Shown here piece by piece: positions 9,907 through 22,151 of a DNA stretch of 38,867 nt. A program made the translations under genes and the position numbers. Positions within the stretch are counted from its first letter, which is position 1, and every line of letters starts with the position of its first letter. Under the pieces are notes generated by a model, which saw only the letters and a list, made by a program, of their open reading frames with translations, was not told the DNA's origin and made no database searches. Source of the DNA: Reclinomonas americana ATCC 50394 (Eukaryota); contig PS015575.1 in assembly GCA_048213135.1 (NCBI GenBank), positions 1 to 38,867 of the forward strand. Direction: 5' to 3'.

Positions 9907-12125
9907 ATGATCCACCACCGGTTTTCCGCGTGTGCATTCGTTGCCGTGCTGGCCTTTCTGCTGTTGGCCGCCTGCACTGTTGGTGCGCTTGCCCTCACTC
10001 TCTCGCGCTCTCTCTCCTTCCCACACACGCACGTGTGCGAATCCCACCTCGCATCTGCACGTTTTTTTGTAACGGTCTTTCCTCTGCTCAGACGCACGCT
10101 ACCTCGATCCCAGCATCCCCAATGGCGGTGGTGCCTGCAGCACCAACGCCGACTGCAACTATAACAACGGCTGTTGCGTTCTTGTTGTCGTCTGCGTGCA
10201 CGCTCACCATATGGATGATTCTGTCTTACCGGTTGACAAACTCTGTGCACAGCATGCGTGGCCGGCAAGTGTGTGTGCGGCAATGACATGATCGCCGGCC
10301 TCTGGTGCCAGGTGCCACTCTCTCTCGGCGATGCAAGTCACTGTGCTGGCGACTCACCGCTCCTGTATTCATGTGATGCAGTGCCGTCCGACGCAGACCG
10401 ACGGCGTGTGCCGCATGCTGCCCAAGATGTACCTCGTGCACAATGTGTGCGTGGCCGCCGACGTGTGTGTGGCCACCACGCAAGCGGAGCGCGCCAGCAC
10501 GCTCACGGGCGCACAGCTGGTCTCGCAGTGGAATGATGCAGCGTTGCGCCACTTGTTGTCTTTCTTGTTTCCGCGCGCTTTTTCTGTTGTTTTGACGCGG
10601 GCATGCAGCATGAAATCGATCAAGGCGAACCAGATGCCGCCGCCCGACGCGGCGCGTATGTTGGCCATTATGCACCTAGCCATGTACGATGCCATCCAGA
10701 ACGTCCCTGGCGGTCGGGTGCGTTTCTCTTCGGTCACCAACGGTCGCTGTCGCGATCGTCGGTGTTTATCTTCAATCGCTCACCACACCCTCTCTCTCTC
10801 CAACCACGCAGTACAAGAAGTACAAGTACGTGGCCGGCAGCACTCCGGCTGCCAACACATCCCGTGAGGCTGCCGCCGCTCAGGCCGCCCATGACGCTCT
10901 CTGCTTCTTCTTCGCCGCCCGCAAGCCGGTGTTGGATGCTCTGCTGGCACAGCACCTGGCGACAGTCGCCGATGGCGCGCCCAAGGTTTGCGACGCTCTC
11001 TTAATCTTCCCCTCCCCTCACCTCACTCGCGCCGCGCAGACGCAGGGCATCGCACTCGGATCCGCCATTGCCGCCATGATTCTGGCCGATCGTGCCACCG
11101 ATGGCGTGTCGAACTCGGCGCCGCCATACGTGGTGAATCCCGCCGTCGGCTACTACAAGCTGACGCCGCCCAGCTTTGGCCAGCCTGTGGCGCAACAGTA
11201 CCCGTCGGTGCGACCGTTCACCATGCTCACGCAGGGCATGTTCCGCATCACACCGTCGTCGCCGTTGTACTCGGACTACGTCAAGTCCACGACGCCGTTC
11301 AACCCGACCACCTTTGTCACGACTGCGGCCTACACCACTGCCTTCCAGGAGGTCAAGGACTATGGAAGCGCGAACAGCACCAAGCGCACCGCTGATCAGG
11401 CGCAGACTGCTCTCTTTTGGCGCGTCGATCCAGTCGGCACCGCCCTTGTCATCACGCCGCCGGGCCTGCACAACACTCAGACACAGCAGTTTGTGCTGGC
11501 TCACAACCGCGACTTGCAAGATGCTGCACGCATCTTTGCGCTGCTGAACATGTCGCTGGCCGACGCGGCCATCATGTGCTGGGACATGAAGGTTTGTTGC
11601 TGCTTTCTTGCATCCCGATCGTAGGCACGGCCTGCTGGCAAATGTCTCACACGATTGGGCGTCTTCGTGCAGCTGTACTTGCAGTTCTGGCGCCCGGTGA
11701 CTGGCATCAACAATGCCGACATTGACAACAACCCGTCGACCGCCAAGGACGCTTCATGGAGCTCGTACATTATCACGCCGCCGCACCAGTCCACGCCGTC
11801 GGGACACTCGACCTTTGCAGGCACCGGTGCCACCGTCTTGGCAGCGTTCTTCGACGAGGAGACTCCGTTGCGTCGCGATCGTGGTCGAGTATCTGAGAGA
11901 GGTTGTCGCTCACAAGTATACTACTTCCATAGGTGGACGCAAGAGGCCGACGAGTTTGTCGGCATGTGGCGCCGCTGGGGATCGCTGTGGGAGGCAGCCG
12001 CCGAGAACGGCCAGTCGCGCATCTATGGTGGTGTGCACTGGCAGTTCGACAACCTTATTGGTCTGTCGTCGGGTCGCTTGCTGGGCAAGTACGTTGTCAA
12101 CAACTACCTCACCCCCAATGCGTAA
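9907..12125 (+). CDS. Vanadium-dependent haloperoxidase-like protein, copy 3
   Basis: Signal peptide MIHHRFSACAFVAVLAFLLLAACTV, Cys-rich CSTNADCNYNNGSCVAGKCVCGNDMIAGLWCQC, then K-LYLQFW-RP, HQSTPSGH and SRIYGGVH. Confidence 0.9.
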
Positions 12126-12243
12126 AATGCAACGGAGAGGAGTACAAGGCGGGGGTTAAGTGTTGCAATGAGCGAGCGACTGTGAAGAATGAAACGTCGC
12201 ATACTGTCGGTCCTCATCTCCTAGGCCTCATCTAGTGATCGTA

Positions 12244-13642
12244 ATGTGGGCGCGAGTGCGACACACTCTCACTGCTCCACAGCGCTTTGCGTCGTTCGTG
12301 GTGAACGAAAGTGCAGGTCGTTTGTGGCGACTGTTGTGGAGACCGGCGACATATCTCCGCGTCGCCCTCCACTTGTGTGTGTTGGCCGTGGTGGCGTCGG
12401 TGGTGTGCATCATCGCCCTCGCCGTGACAGTGATGATGTATCGCTCGGTGCCCGAGTCGGTGATCGACCGCGAGCTGCACTTTGACTTTCGCGAGTTGCG
12501 CGCGGGCGATCGCAGGAACTCCTTCCACACTCGCTCTCTCACACACACGAGTGCAGATCATCGCCGATCGCCTACAGCACATTCGATGGCAGTGAGCTGT
12601 GGAAGAACACGGCCTACGATGTGTACGTGGAGCTGGACATTCCACGATCGCCGGAGAATGAACGCGTTGGTGAGTGCATCATCACCTCCGACCCGGCTTC
12701 CGCTTCTTCTTCTTCACTGACTCACACCGCGTGCGCAGGCTCGATCGTCATTGTACTGTCGCTGCAGGATGAGCGAGGCGCAGTGCTGGAGCGAGCGGTG
12801 CGCACAGTCGCCCTCAAGTATCGCAACTGGTTGGTCTCCACGGTGACCACGGTGCTGTGGGCGCCCCTGACACTGCTGGGAATGACCGACGGCGACGAGT
12901 CGCACATCTCCACACTGATGGTGCGCGGATACGTGGATCGTCACGCGCTGGTCAACCGCACCACGCTGTCCACGATGATGGTGACGCTTTCGTCGTCGAG
13001 CATTCGTCTGTACGGCGCGCGACTGCGACTGGAATCGAGACTGGGGTGGCTCGGGTGCGACGTGTTGTGCACTTGTGACTGTGGGTGGTTTCTCATCGCT
13101 CTGTTTGCAGAGGACTGCTGCAACTGTCGCCTCTTGTGTTTGCCACCACGGCCGGCATCGGCACCTTCGTCGCCCTCATGTGCCCGTACATGTGTTACTT
13201 GTGCTTTGCGGCGGCCCGTGCGCTCTTGTGGCACAGCCCCGAGGTCGACAGCGACGTCGACGACAATTACAGTGGATCGCCGAGTCCGCGCAGGTCACCG
13301 CCGAGCCCACGCAGTGCCCGACTCGCCTCCGCACCGAGTCGACGCTCTCGTGTGACCATTTCGTCGACGAGTACTTCGACCACTGCCGTGGTGGCGGCCG
13401 CGGCTCGAGCGGCACAGATCGACAGCTCTGACGATGACGACCAGCAACACCACCACCACCACCAGGGTGATGTTGGGGCCGACGATGCAGACGATCTGGA
13501 CGACGACGCGTCGGCATCGGCCCTATTTCACCGAGTGACCGAAACCGAAGTCGTGCAACAGCGAACTGTCGAACGAGTGAGCTCGGTGCGGCGAAGAAAA
13601 GCAGCTGCCGTTGGTAGTGGAAGTGGCAGCAGTAAGAGATAG
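12244..13642 (+). CDS. Seipin (BSCL2 family lipid-droplet biogenesis protein)
   Basis: Four exons. An N-terminal TM segment is followed by RELHFDF, YDVYVELDIPRSPENERVG, LKYRNWLVSTVTTVLWAPLTLLG and LYGARLRLESRL, then a second TM segment and a disordered tail. Confidence 0.85.
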
Positions 13643-13720
13643 CTTGATCTTCTTTCGTAAAAACTTCACAAGATGTCCTGTGCGATCACGTTGTCTTGCG
13701 GGAAGCGACTGCAGTGGCGG

Positions 13721-16153
13721 ATGCTCTCCGATGAAGATCGGCAGGCGCTAACAGTCCACGTGTGTCCTCTACACCGCAACGTTGCGTGCTTCTCCACCCG
13801 CGCATTCCTCCGATCGTTCTTCTCACTCTACACACCCACTCCACAGACCGATGCGGCTCCGCTCCGTGTCTTCTTCGAATCACTGGGCGCAGTGGCCGAC
13901 TTTCTACTGATTCACAAGGACCGCTACGCATTCGCGCTGGTTCAGTTCAGCGACATTATCGGTTGCTACAATGCCCTTTCTCTCTCGGGAACCAACATCA
14001 ATGCCGGCTCCGTTGTCTCCAATCGGTGAGCTCTCTCTCACACACACACACCTGTGACATGTGCATACTACACACACACGCGCGCGTGTACACGTACATT
14101 CGTGGTGCTGACGGAGCAGACAACTCGCGTCCTTCCCAGCGTCAACATTCGTCAATCACAACAGCCGATTGTTCATCGCTCGGCTCCACCACCACCTGAC
14201 GTAACATCGCAGCCGCCTGCCAAGCCGCGGATGAATGGCGGTGGACACTCGCAGTATCGCCAGCACGCACCTCCGGCGTCATCGCCGCCACCATTACTGC
14301 TTCAATCGGCTCCACCGCTACCCTCTGCTGCTCCTGCGCCACCACCACCGCCGCCGCCACCGCCACTGTACAATCATGCTCTGTATATCCATCCCCAGCT
14401 TCATCACCACCCGCATCCGCACCACTTCCACAACGGGCATCATCCACATCACCACGCAATGCCGATGCAGTTTCATCCCCATCCCCCTCATCCTCATCAT
14501 CATCATCTTCCGCAGCATCACCTCGGTGGCCACTCGCCGCAACCACTTCCGCCTCCGCAGAGCAGTATCCTGTCGCTGCCGCCAGGTCTGCTGCCGTTCC
14601 CGATGCATACGGCCGGACCTCTGCTGCCGTCGGCGCCGCCCCTGGTTGCTTCAGCGCCACTGCTGCCGCTGGTTTCGTCACCGCCACCACCGCCGCCGCC
14701 GCCACCGCCACCACCGCCATCGGTGGTATCGGCGATGTGGCCGATGCCGCCGGCAGTGACCACCACGCCTCAAATGGCAGGTGTACCGCTGTCGCAGCAG
14801 CCGCCACCGCTATTGTCAGCATCGGCGGCGCATGCGCTGGCACAGCCGCCTCCTCTGGTGCAGCCGAGTGCACTGGTTCTGTCGCCGTACGGATCCGGGC
14901 CAGCTCTCGCTCTTTCCGCAGCTCCGCATGTGCCGTTCCCGTCGTATGCACCGATGCCCGAGAAAGTGCCGCTGTCGGACGAGTTGTACGACAGCGGTGT
15001 GCCGACAGTGAGTGGTGCGCTGCCGGAACCCGACGTACCCAACACGGTGGTGGTGAAGAATGTGGCAAATGTTGCGTCTCCTGCCGTGTGTGCATTCCTT
15101 GTCGCGGCTACCTTGTTGATCGCTTTTTCCGCAGATTCCACGCACCGAAGTGGTTCGTTTCTTTGCCGACTGCGGACCCATCATCTCATCGTCGCACAAG
15201 ACGGACGAGCGGCCCTTCTGCATCATTGGTTTCGGCTCACGACACGCCTACGAGGCGGCGTTCGAGAAGACCTCGTTGGAGATTCGCGGCCAGCAGATCA
15301 CGTTGCGTGGTCGTCTGCAGCTGTGCTATTCTGTGTCAAAATCTCTCACACAATACGTCTCTGTAGGGTGCTGCCGTACCGCAAATCGGAGCGGCAGCGA
15401 GCGCGTGAGGCAGAGAAGGAGCGCATCAAGGCACTGAAAGCGTCGCTGCTGTTGCGCTATCGCGACACGCAGGAGTCTGCCGCCGTCCACAAACCCGACT
15501 CGGAGGTCAGTGAGCACCGGTAGCCATGATGTCTTGTTTCTGACTACTAACTTTTCGTGATGCAGTCGAGCCACTCACGCCAGCTGGAGGTGGACTCGCT
15601 GCGCATGGCGTTGGAGATGCAGGCGGTCGAGATGGGTGGCGACTTTCAGGGTACGTGCTGCCACTAGTTTAGCATGTGAGCCCGATGCACTTTGTGGTGA
15701 CGGTGTGCGCGCACAGGTCCGGATGGCAGCCTGCTGCGGGAGATGTTGGCGCGCGTCTCGATGGACGAGGATCCAGTGAGCATTCCCGACACCGACGCCG
15801 ACGACGTCATGTTGCGCCGGCTCCGCTGCTGTCACTCTCTGTTGCGCCGGAGCCTAACCATTCTCTACTCTCTGTCTCGCAGCTGCTCAATCTGCTATGA
15901 CTTCCAGGCGGCGCAGCCGTGTCGCACGCTGCATTGCGGGCACGAATTCCACGACGGCTGCATCCAGGCGTGGCACACTCGCGAATGCGAAAACCTGTCG
16001 GCGGCGCACACCTGCCCACTGTGCCGTGCACCCTACATGCTGCCGAACACCGAAGCGTCGGCCGCCGCCACAGCAGCTGCCATGGCCGCCGCAGCAGCTG
16101 GACCGTCGCGACCTCCGTCCTCCCCTTCCTGTTGCTCCAAGTTCAGCTTCTGA
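13721..16153 (+). CDS. RRM - Pro/His-rich - RRM - RING-H2 protein (putative RNA-binding E3 ligase)
   Basis: RRM1 contains LRVFFESLGAV..YAFALVQF. RRM2 contains NTVVVKNV..VRFFADCGPI..FCIIGF. The RING-H2 reads CSICYDF..LHCGHEFHDGCIQAW..TCPLCR. Confidence 0.85.
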
Positions 16154-16328
16154 GCTGTTCGCAACGCGGCAGCGTGTGCATCAGGAGACGCAGGGGGCTG
16201 GCCAGGGAATCAATGAAGAATGAGCGTCGTGTTGTTTACGAGGAAACGTCGCCACCGATGGATGGTCCTGCGAATCAGCGAGCGGGCCCGCAGCGATCAC
16301 TCACGAAAACTTGCGATCTCCATCGCCG

Positions 16329-19321
16329 ATGGCTGACCGACTGGGGCGACTCTCCGACCTCGACGCGGCGATCGTGCGCGAGTTGGCATACTCTGATGCC
16401 GTCTCACTGGAGGACGATGAAACACGAGTGCTCAGCTTTCGCAATCTGTTGCGCTCTCACACACACTCTCTCTTTCTCTCTCCCATTCTTCACGACACTC
16501 ACTGTGGCACCAGAGGGCCGCACTTTGTGGGCACCAGTCCCACTGTCTCGCAGCGAATCAAGACGCTCTTTCTCGATCACAACTGCATACGATCGGTTTG
16601 TGCGAGTCCCTTGCTTCGTCGCTCTCACACACTCTCACACACACACTCTCTCTGTGTGTGTGCAGGTGCAACTGCCAAACGGAACAGAAGTCACCGACTT
16701 GTACCTCGATCACAATGCGCTGGAGGTGTTGGATGGCGAAAGCCTCGGATGTGCGCATCGGCTGGTGTCACTGAATGTGTCGTGCAATCGGATTCGTGAA
16801 TTGCGCCATGTCGATGGTGAGGCGTGAGACAGAGAGAGAAAGGGGGCGGAATGAGCGATCCCCACCGCTCACTCACACANNNNNNNNNNNNNNNNNNNNN
16901 NNNNNNNNNNNNNNNNNNNNNNNNNNNNNNNNNNNNNNNNNNNNNNNNNNNNNNNNNNNNNNNNNNNNNNNNNNNNNNNNNNNNNNNNNNNNNNNNNNNN
17001 NNNNNNNNNNNNNNNNNNNNNNNNNNNNNNNNNNNNNNNNNNNNNNNNNNNNNNNNNNNNNNNNNNNNNNNNNNNNNNNNNNNNNNNNNNNNNNNNNNNN
17101 NNNNNNNNNNNNNNNNNNNNNNNNNNNNNNNNNNNNNNNNNNNNNNNNNNNNNNNNNNNNNNNNNNNNNNNNNNNNNNNNNNNNNNNNNNNNNNNNNNNN
17201 NNNNNNNNNNNNNNNNNNNNNNNNNNNNNNNNNNNNNNNNNNNNNNNNNNNNNNNNNNNNNNNNNNNNNNNNNNNNNNNNNNNNNNNNNNNNNNNNNNNN
17301 NNNNNNNNNNNNNNNNNNNNNNNNNNNNNNNNNNNNNNNNNNNNNNNNNNNNNNNNNNNNNNNNNNNNNNNNNNNNNNNNNNNNNNNNNNNNNNNNNNNN
17401 NNNNNNNNNNNNNNNNNNNNNNNNNNNNCGACCTGGCCGTCTCGCTGTGTCACACGCCCGCCGGCCGCGCCGAGTTCGTCCGTCTGGCTCAGATGGCGCG
17501 TGAGCAGGAGGGACTGCCGCAGCCGCCGTCGATCTTGTTGCGTCGACCTGTGGGAGGTGTCGCACACACCGCAACTGCTGAACTCACCTCCATCGCTGCA
17601 GTCAATCATCACTCGGTCTGCTGCTTGCCGTCGGCAGCGATCCAGGATTCGAGCTCGGCGACATGACACGCAACGAGGTGCATCGCTACGTTGAGGGGCC
17701 CACGTCGCTGCTCTCCACCAAATCGCCATCATTGCCGCCCACGCTACCTGTGCCATCGTTCTCGCTCTTTGGTTGAGTTTGCTCGTGTGCATGAGGGCGT
17801 TTCCTATCTCCCGCGACTTAACTCGCAAGTGCTGCTGCTCCAGGTACACCACCAAAGACACCCGATGTGCCGTACGACATGCTGGCCACCGACGACGGTA
17901 TGAGCGCGTCGTCCACGGGCTCACGGCGACAGCACGACACCTTGCATTCATCACCACCGTCTCCTGGTGCCTCGACCGCCGACCACTCGCTCCAGCACAC
18001 TACCACCGATCCGCACTACCAGGCGGAGGCGCACGAAGACGTGGTGGTGGTTGTCACAGATCACGACCCGCCGGTTCCACAGCCGCCACGCGCCACTGCT
18101 GTGCGCAATGCAGCGACCCCACCACCACCATCATCCGCGCCCGCACCCGCATCTCGTGGACCTCGACCACTGGCCGTGACTGCCAAGCCACCGCCACCTG
18201 CGCCACGGGGAGCAGCACCATCATCACAACAACAACAGCGGTCTGAGGTGGCAAGGAAGCCGTCTGGTGGAGAGGCTGGTAAGTCGTCGGTTGTCTGTTC
18301 TGATTGCACGCACACACACTTACTCATGCAATTCTTAATAGTCGGTGGTGGTACCACGCAAACGGTGAGAGTGGATGCGCCGGCCAATGCGAGTCCGGCC
18401 GACGCGCCCAAGTCCAACGATGAACTCTTCCAGCTGTACAAGCGACTGAAGAACCTGAAGCAGGAGGCCGAACGGATGAAGCGTCGCGAAGCTGATTTGA
18501 GGCGGACGCAGGAAATGGCGGCCGCCGCGTTGCCCCGCCGCCAGGAACCGCACCCGAAATCCGGGCCACCGACTCCCCCACCCGATCTTTTCGACTCGGG
18601 CTCGTTGCGTGGACCGACCATTCATGCGCACACATTTTGTCGTTCACTCTAAACTCACAACAACTCCTCTCTCACACTCAGTGAATTGCCGCCGGCCTGG
18701 AGTCGTCCACCAACGCTACCGCCCCTGAACATTGAGATCGCCGTGCCCGAGGTGGCGCCGCGCTCCGAATCCGAATCCAAGTTCCGCACCAACGCCAAGC
18801 GATTCGTGGCACCAAGTGCCTTCTCGCAACCGTTCGCCCCAGCCCACGGCTCGCCTCCACGATCGCGGACATCGCCAGGGCGAGGCCGAAGGACTCCGAC
18901 GTCCACGCGACCCGCCAGCAAGGTGAGCGTTGTGGTGAGCGAGGATCACCGCTTTCGTGCCCATTTGTTGCTGACTCCCTTCCACAGGCACCCTCACCGC
19001 ACCAGCGATCGCAACCGTCGCCGACCACGGCAATGCAAGCGCGGCTGCGACAGCCGACGCCACCAGGTGTGTGTGTGTGTGTGTGTGCCAGGTCCAACAA
19101 CTACAACAACACGAAAGTCTCGCTAATCACCCCCCACAGGCGCACGTGACCGGCGTTCCATGTCGCCGGAAGATGTGTTACGGCCACCAGCACATCCCTA
19201 CGACGCGGCGCTGTCGTACAAGGTGGCGCTGCCGCCAGGTCCCGTGCGCAGCGACGCCGAGGCCCTGGAGCGAGCACGCTTGTTGTATTTGCATGCTCGC
19301 CGCGCCCGAGATCCGCGATGA
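16329..19321 (+). CDS. Leucine-rich-repeat protein with long Pro-rich/coiled-coil C-terminal region (interrupted by gap)
   Basis: LRR motifs IKTLFLDHNCI, VTDLYLDHNAL and LVSLNVSCNRIREL. Spliced exons continue to a stop at 19321. Continuity across the gap at 16880-17428 is assumed. Confidence 0.65.
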
Positions 19322-19361
19322 GGAGTGAACCTCCAATAATATTTCGCGCGCACATGCACAC

Positions 19362-20588
19362 TCACGAGCAGACGTCGAGCACGACATGCGCCGCCGCGAA
19401 ACAGCACGACCCCGGGTGCGAGATGAGGGCACGTTGCTCCAAGTGCGGGTCGCGAATCGATTGCAGCGCAAACGGGAAACCATCCACCGGCGGCGCGCTC
19501 GGCGCCAGGCCCAACAGCGGAGCCAGGCGTTCACGATACTGAAAGTAAGGCGGCGGCATTCCCCAGTCCGTCATGCATCGCGTGAAACAGTGATCGCAGT
19601 CGCCTTCGCCTGGTGACGCATCACAAAAGCCACACTCGCCAGAGTACGTCGTGTTGAGGTGCACCGCCAGCTCCTGCAGCAACACGTGCGCCAGTGCCGC
19701 CTGGTCGTACGGGTGCTTGGTAAAGTGACCGGTGAGTCCCTCTTGCCACACCCGTGAGAGAACGCGTCGAGTCCACTCGCTGCGACGCCAGCCCATGATG
19801 CCTGCATTGAGCCACTGCCCGTCCTGCAGCAGCGCGCTGACTGGTGGTGCATCCGTGCCACCAAACAGACCATCCAGTGCATACGTGCAGCTGTTGCGAG
19901 TGAAAAAGGCGTCGAGATCCACGTAAAAAGCGCGCGAGTGACGCAGCAACACCGCCTGCAAGGCGCGCGTCTTTTGAAACATGGGATGCACCAGCGAGAC
20001 CTCGTCAGCCGCCGGCACATACAAGTACACCTCACCACCGTGGTGCTGCGCGTAGGAGAGCCAGGTGGCCAGCGAGCGGCCGTAGTCGGCGGCAAACTGC
20101 AGCGACGGCACCGACACCGACACAATCGGTGCCACACGGCATCGCATGGGCGGAAGGAGAGTCTGTGCACGACGTGTCTCTCCCAGCAGCACACGGAACA
20201 GCGTGCAACCGGGTGCCTCCTGCAAGAAGGGCGCCCACAGCGCCGTCTCCGGCGACAGCGTTGGTGTGCTGGCCAGGAACTCAACACCGTCGGGCTCCCA
20301 CGTGTCGCCGGCGGCGTTGGGGTCGTCACGCGACGGTGTGAGGAACACGACGCAGCGTGTATCGACGGCCATCTCCTTGTCGTCCTCCTCTGCATCTTCG
20401 CAGTGCGTGAAGGAAATGCGAGGAGTTGTCGTCGATGATGCATCCAGCGACGACGTGCTGCTGCTGCTGCTGGTGCTGCTCCGGAATAAGCGGAGAAGGA
20501 GAGAGGGTGCGGAGAGGATGGCCAGCACGAATACAATGACGATGACCGAGGCGGTGGTGAGGAGGGCACGGCGCGCCGATCGCAACAT
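19362..20588 (-). CDS. Type II membrane glycosyltransferase, GT34 (GMA12/MNN10-like), intronless
   Basis: A 408-aa uninterrupted ORF with an N-terminal TM segment, HPMFQK, a DxD motif in FYVDLDAFF, LNAGIMGWRRSEW and YDQAAL. Confidence 0.8.
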   Translation of the reverse strand: MLRSARRALLTTASVIVIVFVLAILSAPSLLLRLFRSSTSSSSSTSSLDASSTTTPRISFTHCEDAEEDDKEMAVDTRCVVFLTPSRDDPNAAGDTWEPDGVEFLASTPTLSPETALWAPFLQEAPGCTLFRVLLGETRRAQTLLPPMRCRVAPIVSVSVPSLQFAADYGRSLATWLSYAQHHGGEVYLYVPAADEVSLVHPMFQKTRALQAVLLRHSRAFYVDLDAFFTRNSCTYALDGLFGGTDAPPVSALLQDGQWLNAGIMGWRRSEWTRRVLSRVWQEGLTGHFTKHPYDQAALAHVLLQELAVHLNTTYSGECGFCDASPGEGDCDHCFTRCMTDWGMPPPYFQYRERLAPLLGLAPSAPPVDGFPFALQSIRDPHLEQRALISHPGSCCFAAAHVVLDVCS

Positions 20589-21109
20589 GATGGGGTGATT
20601 CCGTCGACCACGCGGATTGTCGACTTTGCGAAGCTTCTTATTGGCGCCAGTCGGTGTTCAGAACGTGTTGCTGGTGGCATCCAAGTTCAACGATTGTGTT
20701 CGCACGTGGACCAGTGACAGGGGGGATAGCAGCTGATGTGTCGAACTGATTTCGATATCGGATCCGGAAATCAACGTCGACTATTTTTTCGGATCCACGG
20801 CCTATCCCGTGGCGCTTTTCCGAGGCGATCACTTGGGTAGTGTAGCATACAAGTTGGTTGGACGGCTGGTAGAGAATAATGGCACAGGAATCGACAGTGG
20901 ACGGGGATTCCAACGAAAACTGGATCGAACCCAATTTGATTTCTTGTACAATCCTTGTTCGTGTTTGACATTTGGATATGTGAATGTACTTAGTTATGAA
21001 AGACAGCTATTTTGCTTCTTTGTAGTTTGTGTCGTCGCTATTTTGTTGCAGTTTCTTGTACATTCAGCTTTCCACGAACACACCGTGCCTTCTCCACAGA
21101 AATCAACGA

Positions 21110-21997
21110 TCACAGGCTCAACGGCTTCACCTGCATCCCCCCACCCCATCACTCACACGTGAGCGAGCGAGCGAGCCAACAAACCAACCACCCACTGAGT
21201 CACAAACCTTTGGCAGCACAATCTTGTCCGGATCACGCAGCAGTGCCCACACCTCCACCGTGTACACACTGAACCGATCACTGCGCTTCGTGGGACTCAG
21301 CAGACACTCATTGTCGTAGGTCTCCGAGCGATGCGAGATGCCGTGACGCAGACGCGAGTCCACAAAGAAGGCCGGTCCGTCACCACTGTTCGCCCACCAC
21401 ATGATCAGTCCGTTGCCTTTTCAAAACAAGAGTCCACACCACTCACCCGCCACCCATGCCAAAGCCCTCCTCATTTGCAAACATGTAATGTTGATTTCGG
21501 CGAGAGGAGCGATATGCCCGGAACGACGGAGCGCAGCTGAACACGAAGCAGTCGCCGCGACCAAAGAACTTGGGCGTCGGCTTCCAAATGTCGGTGGCGA
21601 AGCCGCCAAAGATCTCGCCAGTGCTCGCCTGCACGACGACAACCGACGGCACATTGAACTGTTCCCTTCGCAGGCAGTACTCGAGTTCCGTCCATTGTCG
21701 GTACATGGTCTGTGTGTCGAGGACTGTGTGAGCAACAGTGACCACAATCCTTCTCTTTTCGTGCACACAGTGCACCTGTGACGAGATGCCGTGCTCCAGC
21801 GTCGAGTACACAAGGAAGGGCTGCAATCTCTGCGAGGCCATCGGTAGCATGCTGTGGATGTGTGCAAAGTCGAGCGGCGACATGACTGAGCCGGGATCGC
21901 GCTCCGTGCCCCACAGCCGGACCAGCCTGCACGGGAGGGAATGTGAGCACACACAACGTGACAGCAGATAACACACCCACACCCGCACACGCGCACG

Positions 21998-22050
<53 letters not shown>

Positions 22051-22103
22051 ACACCAACACCCACACCCGCACACTCTGGCACACACTCCACCTGCGTCCC
22101 TCC

Positions 22104-22151
<48 letters not shown>

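Noticed and set aside
3126-11932. Non-canonical TT- or GC-starting introns at the GTTGCG sites (e.g. G|TTGCGT or TT|GCGT)
   Set aside because: GT-AG boundaries restore the homologous protein in every case tested. Shifting by one base creates a TGA stop at the 10173 junction and loses the AG acceptor.
7671-12050. VHPO copies 2 and 3 as a false duplication of two haplotypes
   Set aside because: They have different flanks, C-termini and 3' UTRs, and a 54-nt insertion, so a real tandem duplication is more likely. Long reads are still needed to confirm this.
20600-21100. Lower-GC stretch as a possible ncRNA or foreign insert
   Set aside because: No tRNA, snRNA or rRNA features were recognised. 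It is explained as the 3' UTR of the TLDc gene plus the promoter of the glycosyltransferase.
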